This document shows, piece by piece, positions 17,813 through 27,334 of a stretch of DNA of 60,854 bases. The notes beneath the pieces were generated by a model. That model did not search any database. It was not told the origin of the DNA and saw only the letters and a program-made list of their open reading frames with translations. The number at the start of each line of letters is the position of its first letter. Positions within the stretch are counted from its first letter, which is position 1. The position numbers and the translations under genes are program-made. The DNA comes from a virus (taxonomy: Duplodnaviria > Caudoviricetes), in the IMG/VR virus record IMGVR_UViG_3300028145_000004, positions 1 through 60,854 of that record. One strand, given 5' to 3'.

Positions 17813-18212
17813 ACAAGGACATGATCGACGTCGGGTTGATGAACCAACTCGGCGGCAACACCTTCCAGACCGACACCCGCTACACCGGCCTGAACGCAGT
17901 CACGGCGACCACGGCTGCGAATCACCTCTACGCCGGCAACAAAACGTCGGAGGCGGGACTGTCCAGCTCCGACATCTTCACGACTGCGTTGATTCCACAG
18001 ATCGTGGCGTCGGCGCAGGGCTCACTGACGTTCCCGATCAAGCCCGTGGTGCTCAAGGGCATCGAGATCGCGGGCGTCCTGTTTCTGACCGCGCAGCAGG
18101 TGCGGGACCTGAAGCAGAACTTCGACGTCGGCGAGTGGGGCGACATCTACCGCGCTGCGTTGCAGGGCGGGCAGGTGACGGGAAATCCTCTCTTCACCGG
18201 GGCCATTGGGAT
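17813..18212 (+). CDS. Major capsid protein, exon 2
   Basis: KDMIDVGLMNQLGG...QVRDLK...W...NPLFTGAIG family motifs. Confidence 0.9.
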
Positions 18213-19083
18213 CGACAAGTCGATGGTCCCAGAGCTGGGCAACTAGCTCCAGAAAAACCGCGTGAATTGCAGGGACATCTCGTGATACACGAGACAATCT
18301 GCAGCCAAGCGAGGTTCTGATGATGAAGCAGTGCAAGCTATGCAAGGAGTTCAAGCCAGAGGAAGCATTCTGGTTCAGCGAGAAGAAGCGGTATCGTACG
18401 GCTCGCTGCGATGAATGCCGGCATGCACAGACCAAACTATATCGCGATGCGAACCGTGAGAAGATCGCGAAGCAGGTCCGCGCATGGCAGGTGAACAACC
18501 CAGAAAAGCTCACCGCCAACTGGCGACGACACTTGGAGCGCAATCCAGGCTACACGCAACGCGTAGCAGCGAAGTGGAGAAGCGATCCGAGCAACGTCGA
18601 ACGTCATCGCGAGGGAATGAAGCGACGACGCGAAGAACTCAAGCAACGCGTCTACGATGCCTATGGTGGCGCGCACTGCAATTGCTGCGGAGAAACAATG
18701 CGACGATTCTTGACGATGGACCACATCGACAATGACGGCGCATTGCATCGTCGCACGATAGGTGGTGGAAAGCCGAGTTCACGCTCTTTGTACGCGTGGC
18801 TGATTGCCAGTGGCTTTCCACCGGGTTTCCAAGTTCTGTGCATGAACTGCAACTGGGGCAAGGCACGGAATGGCGGAGTATGCCCACATCAGGATCTTGA
18901 AGGTTCAGAGGCTATCCCTTCGGGGAGTACGCTCGAAGTCGTAACATCAGCGAGTGGAAGCGCGCGGCATCCTTATCCATGCTTTGCTGGCGTGGATGAG
19001 GATGATGAAATAGTCCGATCTGCGGCGCGAGTCGCAGCAGCCGAACAGGCGGGGAAGGCATGACGAACCTTCCTGAACATTTG
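18213..19083 (+). ncRNA. Group I intron 2 (871 nt) carrying an HNH endonuclease ORF
   Basis: P1 GGGAU/GUCCC with U-G pair, P10 GUCGAU/AUCGAC, P GAATTGCAGGGA 18264, Q AATCTGCAGC 18296, R TTCAGAGGCTAT 18904, S GATGAAATAGTCC 19004; splicing gives GAIG-M-IDNVVLH. Confidence 0.9.
18320..19063 (+). CDS. Intron-encoded HNH homing endonuclease
   Basis: CKLC/CDEC zinc motif; YGGAHCNCCGE...LTMDHIDNDG...QVLCMNCNWGK; the ORF tail overlaps the ribozyme core. Confidence 0.88.
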   Translation: MMKQCKLCKEFKPEEAFWFSEKKRYRTARCDECRHAQTKLYRDANREKIAKQVRAWQVNNPEKLTANWRRHLERNPGYTQRVAAKWRSDPSNVERHREGMKRRREELKQRVYDAYGGAHCNCCGETMRRFLTMDHIDNDGALHRRTIGGGKPSSRSLYAWLIASGFPPGFQVLCMNCNWGKARNGGVCPHQDLEGSEAIPSGSTLEVVTSASGSARHPYPCFAGVDEDDEIVRSAARVAAAEQAGKA

Positions 19084-19468
19084 GATCGACAACGTTGTCC
19101 TCCACCAAGACACCCGGTGTCCGTGGGGCGACACGGCACAGAACCTCGTGTGGGACCCGAACACGGGGACGTACGTCGCAGCGCCGACCGCGATTGGTCT
19201 GCCGGCTGCGGGAACCACCAGCGTCGGGCGCGCGATCTTTGTGGGCGCGCAGGCCGCTGCGTTTGCTTGTGGAGCCGAGGAGGGTCCGTCTGGGCAGCCT
19301 CTTCGGGTGAGATGGGTGGAGGAATTGCTCGATGCCAACAACCAGCTCCGCGTCACCGCAGGGATGATCTGGGGCATCAAGAAGACGGTTTTCAACAGCC
19401 AGGACTACGCTTCGATCGTGTGCTCGACGTGGAACGCGCCGACCAACACGTTGAACGTGACTCCGTAA
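19084..19468 (+). CDS. Major capsid protein, exon 3
   Basis: IDNVVLHQD...VGRAIFVGAQAAAFA...WVEELLDANNQL...IWGIKKTVFNSQDY; three exons total 1176 nt = 391 aa. Confidence 0.9.
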
Positions 19469-19485
19469 GAAAGGAGGGATGACAA

Positions 19486-20004
19486 ATGGCCGCAGCAGTT
19501 CAGAACATCTATGCGGACAACTACAGCGATCCGATGGCCGAAGCGTCGGTCAGTGGCGTCGTCGTCGTCCGACCTTTCCTCGTCAACCTGGCGACGCTCG
19601 CCAATCCGTTGTTTTCGGCGACGTCGACCATCAAACTCTGCATGCTGCCCGGAAAGAACATGCCGGGATTCTTGCTGCAGAGCATCTGGATGGACGTACC
19701 CGATATGGACTCGGGCAGCAACGTCGTGCTCGAACTCGGGGACAACACAACCGCCAACCTGTTCGTGACGACCACCGAGATGGGCACGATCGGTCAGGTG
19801 GCGGGACGCGTCAGCAGCTACGCAGCGGTGGGTGGAGGTGGCTCCAACACGGTGGCGGCTGGCGTGGCGTTGGCAGTGCTGCCAAAGTCGTACACGGCAG
19901 ACAACGACCTGTTGCTGACGTTCACCGCAGGTCCGTCGACAGCAACAACCGGCATCATCCGGGGGTTCATCACCTACTCCCAGTGGCCGATGCGGTCGTT
20001 CTAG
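19486..20004 (+). CDS. Putative capsid decoration/structural protein
   Basis: Directly after the capsid gene with AGGAGG; beta-rich. Confidence 0.55.
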   Translation: MAAAVQNIYADNYSDPMAEASVSGVVVVRPFLVNLATLANPLFSATSTIKLCMLPGKNMPGFLLQSIWMDVPDMDSGSNVVLELGDNTTANLFVTTTEMGTIGQVAGRVSSYAAVGGGGSNTVAAGVALAVLPKSYTADNDLLLTFTAGPSTATTGIIRGFITYSQWPMRSF

Positions 20005-20064
20005 GGTGCAGGGTTGGCGTTGCATCGCGAGTTGGTGTAATGCCGACACTGTGAGGACACGAAA

Positions 20065-20349
20065 ATGAGCAAGCCCAACACGTACTACCCCGACGGCTTT
20101 TGCCACGGGGGTGAACTGCCGGATGACCTCTGGATTGATCGCATGATCTACCCGGAGCGTCAGAAGCCTGTGGACGTCGAGTTTCAATCGGGCGAGACGT
20201 TCACTGAGTATCAAGGCCGCGTGGATGAAGCCGAGCGGAAGCAAGAGCACGACAACTACATGCGCGACCGGCAGTTCGTGTTGACGGAAGGCAACGTGAC
20301 GGGGGTCCACACCGGACCCCCGCGCACCGTAACCAACGAGGAGGATTGA
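20065..20349 (+). CDS. Hypothetical protein
   Basis: GAGG Shine-Dalgarno; operon context. Confidence 0.55.
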   Translation: MSKPNTYYPDGFCHGGELPDDLWIDRMIYPERQKPVDVEFQSGETFTEYQGRVDEAERKQEHDNYMRDRQFVLTEGNVTGVHTGPPRTVTNEED

Positions 20350-20350
20350 C

Positions 20351-20611
20351 ATGAGCGACTATCGCAAGCTCGAACCGGGCATGGATGACGAACAGGCCCA
20401 GACAGACCGCCACGGTTGGCGGACGAGCGTGGATTTCGTCACCGGCAAGGGAATGCTCGTCGAAGCGATGTCGGCGGGTGGACCCGAAGTCGGAAACCAG
20501 TTCGACACCGACCCGCTCGGCGAGGAGTACAGCGCCATCACGTACCCGGCAAGCGTCGCGATGCCACCGGGCAAGATCGGCGGCGGGTCGTCTGGCCCTC
20601 CGGTGACCTAG
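20351..20611 (+). CDS. Hypothetical protein
   Basis: GAGGAGG Shine-Dalgarno. Confidence 0.55.
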   Translation: MSDYRKLEPGMDDEQAQTDRHGWRTSVDFVTGKGMLVEAMSAGGPEVGNQFDTDPLGEEYSAITYPASVAMPPGKIGGGSSGPPVT

Positions 20612-20722
20612 GACCCCCTGATCGTGCCGGCGCATGGTGCGCAGGGAGATCCTGCGACGGGTTTGTGGTATCCCACTGAGTACCCCATGAAACACGCCGC
20701 GTACGATCAACATTGAGCGCCA

Positions 20723-20914
20723 ATGCCGCCAGCCAAAAATGAATCTCAGAGACGCTTATTTGCGATGGCGACTCGCCTGAAACGTGGCGAGCTGACAAAG
20801 CCATCAGCCGAAGTAAAGCGGGTCGCCAGCAGCATGAGCGAGGAGAAGCTTCGCGACTTCGCGAAGGGGACGGGTCACCACCGCTCGTCCTTCCGTCACC
20901 ACAGAAGCGGCTGA
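20723..20914 (+). CDS. DUF3008-like small basic protein
   Basis: MPPAKNESQRRLFAMA...KRGEL...SMSEEKLRDFA. Confidence 0.7.
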   Translation: MPPAKNESQRRLFAMATRLKRGELTKPSAEVKRVASSMSEEKLRDFAKGTGHHRSSFRHHRSG

Positions 20915-21049
20915 GACAAGGCCGGGAAAGGAGACTCCTAGCGACTGGAGAAGCCTAACGGCAAATGTCCCGACATAACGTTCAGACCAAGAAAGCTCAG
21001 GGGGCGCGTCCTGACCAAAACGCGCACTAACACCGAAAGGAGAGACGAC

Positions 21050-21235
21050 ATGAAGCGAAGCCTGATTCTGGTTCTACCGCTGTTGTTCGTAAGCGGCTGC
21101 ACGTGCATTCGGGTTGCATCGTGCACCATCACCTTCGGTGCAATCGGTTGCTCACTGCCCCCACCGGAGCCTGAGAAGACTCCCATCACCATCGTGCAGA
21201 ACAGCAACTACATCCACAGCGTCACGGTTCGCTGA
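21050..21235 (+). CDS. Small putative lipoprotein
   Basis: MKRSLILVLPLLFVSGC lipobox; AAGGAG Shine-Dalgarno. Confidence 0.5.
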   Translation: MKRSLILVLPLLFVSGCTCIRVASCTITFGAIGCSLPPPEPEKTPITIVQNSNYIHSVTVR

Positions 21236-21438
21236 TGGGCATTCCATTTCGACAAGGAGAGATCATGGAGCCAGCAACGAAGTTTCCCGATGGCCCGGCC
21301 AAGCCGATGAAGCCTGAAGCGGGAGAGAGCGGCAAGCGGACTGTTGGGCGCGGGTTGCAGTTGCACTCGGGCAGCGGGACGCAGAAGAGTTTGAACAGCA
21401 AAAAGGATCAACCCAAGACGATGCGCTACGTGCGGTGA
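21235..21438 (+). CDS. Small basic hypothetical protein
   Basis: Coupled ORF. Confidence 0.4.
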   Translation: MGIPFRQGEIMEPATKFPDGPAKPMKPEAGESGKRTVGRGLQLHSGSGTQKSLNSKKDQPKTMRYVR

Positions 21439-21782
21439 AGACAACCGCCGCGCACTTCAAGGTGTTCTGTGACGAGTCGGACAGATGGATACGGGAACTC
21501 GGGTTGTTCGATTGGTCCGTTGCCTACCGCCACGAAAATCTCAAGGATAAATACTCCGCCATCCAGTACCAATTCTCCGCACGCAAGGCCCGCATCTCGC
21601 TGTCGACGACTTTCGACGAGCCGGTCACTGTCGAGAAGCTCAAGGACTCGGCCCTGCACGAAGTGTTGCACTTGGTGCTTGCCGACCTCGTTGCTTACGC
21701 TGAAGCCGCCGCCTCCAAGTTGCGCATCGAGGAGGCTGAACACGCAGCCCTCTACCGCATACTGCGAGTCCTGATCCGATGA
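21435..21782 (+). CDS. Small zincin-like metallopeptidase
   Basis: ALHEVLHLVL HExxH motif plus downstream EEAEH. Confidence 0.6.
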   Translation: MKTTAAHFKVFCDESDRWIRELGLFDWSVAYRHENLKDKYSAIQYQFSARKARISLSTTFDEPVTVEKLKDSALHEVLHLVLADLVAYAEAAASKLRIEEAEHAALYRILRVLIR

Positions 21783-22432
21783 CTTTGGGTGAACTCAAAG
21801 AGAACATCGCGACGAGGTTGAACCGCCCGGACCTACTGACGGCGGTTTCCCCCTCCACCATCGCCATCATACCGATGTTCGTGAGCGACCGGATTCGGTA
21901 CTACCAAAAATCTCTCTGGACGCCATCGGAAGTTCTCGACCTTAGCGTTACAACAATCCCCTCCCAAAACACGTACGCGTTTGCTCAGTACCCCAACCTC
22001 GTCGGCACGCAGTGGATCAACAACATCTACCTGCTTCAAGGTTCGATCTGGATTCCACTGGCTCGCACTGACTGGTTCTCCGACATCCTTGAGGCCGACG
22101 TGTTGGAGCCGCCGTTCGTATCGCTGCCATCATGGTGGAGTGTGTACGGTCCAGCTTTTCGTCTCTACCCGACGCCGAGTGCGCCGTATCCTCTGAAGAT
22201 CGAATGCTGCCTGTCTCCTCCCGAGCCCGCTGCCGACGACAAGTCGAACTTTTGGACCGAAGAAGCCGCGACTTGTATCATCGAAGCGGTGTGCGCGGAC
22301 ATTTGCCGTCTCACACTTAACGATGACGCAAGGGCCACCGCGCACCAATGGGCAGCGCAACGTGAAGCAGATTCGCTGACGCAGAAGACGCGTCGCCTCA
22401 GGGGTCCCGCTACAGTCAGAGCGTGGATCTAG
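21779..22432 (+). CDS. Head-tail adaptor (tail tubular A-like)
   Basis: MTLGELKENIA..LNRPDL, P.WWSVY...RLYPTP...Y.L, SNFWTEEA. Confidence 0.75.
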   Translation: MTLGELKENIATRLNRPDLLTAVSPSTIAIIPMFVSDRIRYYQKSLWTPSEVLDLSVTTIPSQNTYAFAQYPNLVGTQWINNIYLLQGSIWIPLARTDWFSDILEADVLEPPFVSLPSWWSVYGPAFRLYPTPSAPYPLKIECCLSPPEPAADDKSNFWTEEAATCIIEAVCADICRLTLNDDARATAHQWAAQREADSLTQKTRRLRGPATVRAWI

Positions 22433-22959
22433 TCGACGTGGCGCCACGCTAGGCGACGCACCACGAGATAAATCACACGGCGCGTAACGCCAACCTGCCG
22501 CGCCAACTCTCCCGTTGCCCGTCCATTAGCGGCTTCTGATCTGATCCACCTAACGAGTGCATCAGTCAACTTGGCGTGCCCCATGCGTTCGCCGCGCGGT
22601 CGCTGGTCGGGGTAAAGGTAAGACCTGTGTCGGTTGCCTCGTGCCGTACGACCCTTACCGTTGCGGTCGGCCACGTTGGCGTGCACCGTTCCGGCGCGTA
22701 CATGGGTCGCGGCATTGCAGCACACTGGATTGTCGCAGGAGTGCATTGCAACTTCGGGCCATTCGCCAGTGATGAGCAGGAGTGCTACGCGATGCGCTTT
22801 CAGAAGACGGCCATCGTAGAATACCGCTCCGTATCCGCGATCGAAACAACCGCGCATCCACGGCCAACACTCATCTGGGGCACCGACCTGCACGCGGTCC
22901 CAGAAGCGACACGCATCTTCCGCTGAAAGAATTGGTGGTATAGGGTTTGTGCCAGCCAT
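22429..22959 (-). CDS. HNH homing endonuclease
   Basis: RFWDRV..DECWPW, GYG, KAHRVA, AMHSCDNPVCCN..H...GT..N, AKLT. Confidence 0.92.
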   Translation of the reverse strand: MAGTNPIPPILSAEDACRFWDRVQVGAPDECWPWMRGCFDRGYGAVFYDGRLLKAHRVALLLITGEWPEVAMHSCDNPVCCNAATHVRAGTVHANVADRNGKGRTARGNRHRSYLYPDQRPRGERMGHAKLTDALVRWIRSEAANGRATGELARQVGVTRRVIYLVVRRLAWRHVD

Positions 22960-23028
22960 CTCGAAAACTGTCCTTTCGTCTTGGTCAGAAGCCGTGAGCA
23001 GGTTGCACTGTCCACGGCTTCGTACTTT

Positions 23029-23361
23029 CTACTCTCCTCGATAGTTCCGATCAACCCACGGAACTTTCCTGCTCACGTCCACCCGCGCATCCAACCTAGG
23101 CATCCTGCGCAGCTCCACCTTCGGCAACTCCTCAATCGGCTCGTACTCTTCAGCGATCTTGATTGCTTCGTTGATCGCCTTTTGCTGTGGATTGTCGAGC
23201 CAGGCCCACCTCTCGAAGCGAACGATCTGCTTGATGAGCGCGATGTCGACTCGATACCACTTGGCGACCCGGCCCAGCGAGTACCCGCCCGCAGCCCACT
23301 CCCTGATCTCCCGTACCTGTTGAGCGTTGAGTTTGCGCTTGCGCCGATGCTTGGGTTCCAT
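23029..23361 (-). CDS. Stand-alone HTH protein resembling the C-terminal domain of the HNH endonucleases
   Basis: KLNAQQVREIREWAAGGYSLGRVAKWYRVDIALIKQIVRFERW. Confidence 0.6.
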   Translation of the reverse strand: MEPKHRRKRKLNAQQVREIREWAAGGYSLGRVAKWYRVDIALIKQIVRFERWAWLDNPQQKAINEAIKIAEEYEPIEELPKVELRRMPRLDARVDVSRKVPWVDRNYRGE

Positions 23362-23387
23362 CGCTATCTGCTGTAATACGTCTGCCG

Positions 23388-24842
23388 ATGCCTCTCAACC
23401 TCGCCAAGCGTAAGTTCCGCACCTTCGCCCCTGACGCTGACCCTCTCGACGACGGGGTTCTTGTCGACGGGAACAACTTCGTGCCGACGCAAATGGGGAT
23501 GCGTACCCTGCCCCAACTGCGACAGTTGACCTCTGCGCTGACGCAGCCGTGCCTCGGTTCAGCGGTGGTGACCTTCGCCGACGGTGAGCAGTTCGTTGTG
23601 GCCGGCACGGAGAACTTCCTGTGCAACATCGCGACGTCGGCATTCGACCCGACAGGTGTTGTGCCGTTCGGCGAGCAGGACTTGGGTGCCGTACTCATTC
23701 CACCGACACGTTGGCGCTTCGCGCAGTACCAAGAGCGTGTGTTCGCGGTCGATGGTGTGCGCCCGCCGTTCCAAGCGGATCAGGCGTCACTTGCTACTGC
23801 GAACCCGTGGACACCCGTACCGGACAACCCTCCCATCTCTGCACTCGTTGCGTCGTCGGACTTCTCCCTGTTTCTCGTAGAAGCCAATCCGAATGCGATC
23901 ACGGGCGGAGCAAGTGCGACGTGGTGGTCATCGCTCAACTCGCAGATTTGGGCGTCGGGTTCCGTGCAGACCGAGACGGTGCATTCGAGCATCACGCAGA
24001 CGCCGGGACCGATCACGGCAGCCAAGGCGTTGCGTTCCGCGATGGTGCTCTACAAGCGCAGCTCGATGTTCGTGGGGCAGCTTGTTGGACCGCCGTTCAT
24101 TTGGTCGTTCACCGAAGTCTCCCGCATCCGTGGCGCACTTTCACAGGAATCGGTGGTGTGCGTTGACGACGTGCACTATTTCCTGAGCGGCACCGACTGG
24201 TATTCCTTCGACGGATACTCGCTCTCACCGCTGCCCAATCAGCATCGCGAGTGGTTCTTTCGGAACATCGGCAGCATCGAGGAGCCGTACATTCTCGGTC
24301 GTTACGACTCTGCGCGCACCTGCATCTTCTGGCACTTCGCTCCGCTGAACGCGTCGAATCCCCTGCAGCCGCGAGAGTGGGTGGCGCTGAACCCGCGCAC
24401 GGGGCAGTGGACGCGTGGCTACAAGCGCATCGAGTCAACGCCATCGGGTATCGACCCGAACACGATTACGGAGCCGTTCGGTGTAACGTCGGTGCTGTTT
24501 CTCGACGACAACACGATGTGGGCGTACGACCGTACAGGGCAAGGTGCTGACCTGCCTGCCTACTTCACGACGGGGGACATTGGGGATCGTCACTTCATGT
24601 ACCAGCTCTCGCGTGTGCGTCCTGCCTTCACCGTGGTGAACGGGACGCCGAACCTCAACATCCAATCGAGCTACACACCGGGTGCTGCGTATACGACGGG
24701 GCCGACGATTCCTCTGAGCGCCGATGGTTGGTGGAACGTGTTGTCGAGTGCGAGGCTCCAACGCTTGCAAGTGTCGGTCGAAGATGATGTCGAGATCGCC
24801 GCAGACAACGAACTCCAACTGAGCCAAGTGGGCGACTACTGA
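23388..24842 (+). CDS. Tail nozzle / packaged-DNA stabilisation protein (P22 gp10 / tail tubular B-like)
   Basis: About 480 aa, beta-propeller-like; WRFAQY, GPPFIWSF..., VHYFLS; follows the adaptor. Confidence 0.75.
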   Translation: MPLNLAKRKFRTFAPDADPLDDGVLVDGNNFVPTQMGMRTLPQLRQLTSALTQPCLGSAVVTFADGEQFVVAGTENFLCNIATSAFDPTGVVPFGEQDLGAVLIPPTRWRFAQYQERVFAVDGVRPPFQADQASLATANPWTPVPDNPPISALVASSDFSLFLVEANPNAITGGASATWWSSLNSQIWASGSVQTETVHSSITQTPGPITAAKALRSAMVLYKRSSMFVGQLVGPPFIWSFTEVSRIRGALSQESVVCVDDVHYFLSGTDWYSFDGYSLSPLPNQHREWFFRNIGSIEEPYILGRYDSARTCIFWHFAPLNASNPLQPREWVALNPRTGQWTRGYKRIESTPSGIDPNTITEPFGVTSVLFLDDNTMWAYDRTGQGADLPAYFTTGDIGDRHFMYQLSRVRPAFTVVNGTPNLNIQSSYTPGAAYTTGPTIPLSADGWWNVLSSARLQRLQVSVEDDVEIAADNELQLSQVGDY

Positions 24843-25531
24843 TGCCCCTCTCAGTCCCAAACGCCACACCTCCGAAAGCACCCGAACTCCGACTTACCGC
24901 AGATCCGACACGCCGCGAACTCGCAGAGGCGTCGCATCAGCTTCAGCATTGGGCGTTCGCTTTCGTGTCCTACATCAACCGGCAGTTGGAGCAGTTGCGT
25001 GCCGTTGCCAACTGGATCGTGCAGCAGCAGGGCATTCGCAACCTCGTGCCTGACAGCGACATCAAGGACCCGGTGACGTTTTGGAACATCGACGCAGGAT
25101 GGGCAGTGACGGACGGTGTTGGCTACGGCGGCGGACGTGGGTTCACCATCAGCGGCGGAAGCGTGACCGCTGATGCGACTTCGGACCCAATGGTCGTCGT
25201 GCCGGGAGGCGACAACTACGTCCTCTCAGGCTGGATCGACGCGACGAATCTGGTAACCGGAACCCTGTCGTGGGTACTGATCGACTCCACCACGAGTGCC
25301 GTGCTCGCAGAACTCACGCAGCTTGCAGGGCAGTCCAGCCGTGTTCAGTTGCCAGTCGAGATTCCGGCGACGACGCTACTCGTGCGAGTGGTTGCAAGAG
25401 CGGTCGGCGTTACGGTAACAGGGAGCGGAATCGTTATGTCGCAGCCACAGTTGGAAATCCCGCACTCTGGAATCGGGGTGGCGACGTCACCGGAGGCGAC
25501 GATCTACAGGGCGAATGTGGGGGATCACTGA
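24842..25531 (+). CDS. Tail needle/fibre-like protein with carbohydrate-binding-like domain
   Basis: Short coiled coil, then NLVPDSD...W...YVLSGW...PQLE jelly-roll-like pattern. Confidence 0.55.
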   Translation: MPLSVPNATPPKAPELRLTADPTRRELAEASHQLQHWAFAFVSYINRQLEQLRAVANWIVQQQGIRNLVPDSDIKDPVTFWNIDAGWAVTDGVGYGGGRGFTISGGSVTADATSDPMVVVPGGDNYVLSGWIDATNLVTGTLSWVLIDSTTSAVLAELTQLAGQSSRVQLPVEIPATTLLVRVVARAVGVTVTGSGIVMSQPQLEIPHSGIGVATSPEATIYRANVGDH

Positions 25532-25679
25532 TGGCGAAAGTGCAGATTGGCAATCATTTGCTGGGTGGTTGGTGTCTCTGGAAGTGGGCGACCGGAGCGA
25601 TGCCTGATGGCAAGGCGATGTCCCTGGCCCACGCGTGGCGCAAGGCCGGATACCACGTGACCGTTCATCCCGTCGACCG

Positions 25680-26225
25680 ATGAGCGCCCACCCCATCCCG
25701 AACCCGGCACCACGGCAGGTGCCGTTCGTGCTCGAAGGGTTCGCTCTCGGATGCGGTCAGGGTCCGCTGCATCTCTGCAAGGTGCGCGACGCCGACGCAC
25801 TCGCGAAGATTTGGCCGTGGATGCGTGAAGGGTTGCTGCGTATCCAGGCCAAAAACAGGCCGCTGACGCACTGGATGCCTGAACACGTCCGCATGGAACT
25901 CGCGAAGGGCTTCATGGGGCAGACGACGACCGAATGCTTCGTCGGCCACGACTGCACGGAGACGGGCGACAGCCTGTTCGGGTTCATCATCGGCTACGTG
26001 TCCTACGATCCGTTCGTGCAACTCCCGCTCGGCTACTACGTGTGGATGGGCAATATGCCCGAGGGTGTTCTCGATCACTGCCTACCTGACTTCGAGCAGA
26101 TGCTTCGAGAACGCGGCTTCCATCACTGGGAATGGGGCACGTCGCGCAAGGGTTGGGCGCGGCGGGCTGAACGGTTCGGCGCGAAGGTGGTCGAGTGGAA
26201 GATTCGGAAGGATCTCATCCCGTAG
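25680..26225 (+). CDS. GNAT-like protein typical of podophage tail/ejection modules
   Basis: IWPWMREGL...GTSRKGWARR; position before internal virion genes. Confidence 0.6.
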   Translation: MSAHPIPNPAPRQVPFVLEGFALGCGQGPLHLCKVRDADALAKIWPWMREGLLRIQAKNRPLTHWMPEHVRMELAKGFMGQTTTECFVGHDCTETGDSLFGFIIGYVSYDPFVQLPLGYYVWMGNMPEGVLDHCLPDFEQMLRERGFHHWEWGTSRKGWARRAERFGAKVVEWKIRKDLIP

Positions 26226-26263
26226 GTTGACACGTCGGGTCGTTCGGGTGTAACGGAACGACC

Positions 26264-26497
26264 ATGAAACGACGCAGAGCCGACCCACGCAAGATCCCCG
26301 CGCTGAAGTGGGCAATGAAGCATCGAAAGTGGGGCGAAGCCCTGATAACGCTACTGAGGCTCGAAGAGTATCGTCCGTTCTGGAATTTGATAATCGCCCA
26401 TGAGCAATTAGCGTTACGACTGCACAACATCGAGAAGCAGTGGGCCAAGCGGGCACGAGCAGGGGGGAAGCGATTCCGGCCACGATCCAACGCCTGA
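26264..26497 (+). CDS. Hypothetical protein
   Basis: Co-oriented short ORF. Confidence 0.35.
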   Translation: MKRRRADPRKIPALKWAMKHRKWGEALITLLRLEEYRPFWNLIIAHEQLALRLHNIEKQWAKRARAGGKRFRPRSNA

Positions 26498-26558
26498 CTG
26501 ACCCTTTGGCGTAACGCTTCAAGGAATGGTATGGCTTGCGGCAGGAGTTTGACGCCGC

Positions 26559-27326
26559 ATGGGATCACGTTCCGAGAGCACGCAGAGTCTACCGGCATGG
26601 GCCAGACCGTACGCTGAATCGCTTCTGCGCACCGGAACGGGACTCGTAGCTCCCGGTGCAACGATTGCTGGCAAGCCCGCAGCAGAAGACACGCTGCCGA
26701 TTCTTCAGGCACCGCCCGACCTCTACCAGCAGATCGCAGGGTTCAACCCGACGCAGCAGGCGGGCATGGACTACCTCACGGGCAGTGCCGGTGCTTCCGC
26801 TGGGCTCGCAGGCGCAGGCGCGGGACAGGTCGGTCAGACGCTTCGAGGCGACTACCTCAACGCGAACCCGTACCTCAACTCAACGTTCGCGGACGCCGCC
26901 TACAACCTCACCGATCAGTACAAGAGCGCAACCGCTCCATCCCTTCTCGCGCAGGCGCAGCAGGCAGGCGTGTACGGCGGCTCGGCGATGAACGAGCAGC
27001 AGGACAGGAACGAGACCGACTTGTCGCGCGGGCTCGCATCTCTCGCGTCGCAAATCTACGGCGGCAACTATCAGACTGAACGTGGCAGACAGCTCGAATC
27101 GGCGAACATGATTCCGCAACTGCAGCAGTCCATCGCGGCACCGGGTCAGCAACTGCTCGGAGTTGGCACGCTGCAACAGGGGCAGACGCAGACGGAGTTG
27201 GATGCTGCGAAGGCGAACGCGGAGTTGAAGCAGGAGTTTCCAATAAAACTCCTCTCGTACTTGGGCAACCTCATGGGAACGGCGACGGGCTCCGGTGGCG
27301 TGGCCGGAGTCAGCACAAGTAAGTAA
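26559..27326 (+). CDS. Internal virion / DNA ejection protein
   Basis: STQSLPAWARPY, IAGFNPTQ, NPYL, AGVYGGS; Gly/Ala/Gln-rich. Confidence 0.75.
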   Translation: MGSRSESTQSLPAWARPYAESLLRTGTGLVAPGATIAGKPAAEDTLPILQAPPDLYQQIAGFNPTQQAGMDYLTGSAGASAGLAGAGAGQVGQTLRGDYLNANPYLNSTFADAAYNLTDQYKSATAPSLLAQAQQAGVYGGSAMNEQQDRNETDLSRGLASLASQIYGGNYQTERGRQLESANMIPQLQQSIAAPGQQLLGVGTLQQGQTQTELDAAKANAELKQEFPIKLLSYLGNLMGTATGSGGVAGVSTSK

Positions 27327-27334
27327 TTCTTATG

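Noticed and set aside
17158-19468. Capsid gene as a pseudogene or frameshifted assembly error
   Set aside because: Both interruptions have complete group I intron signatures, and their precise removal restores the frame and family motifs.
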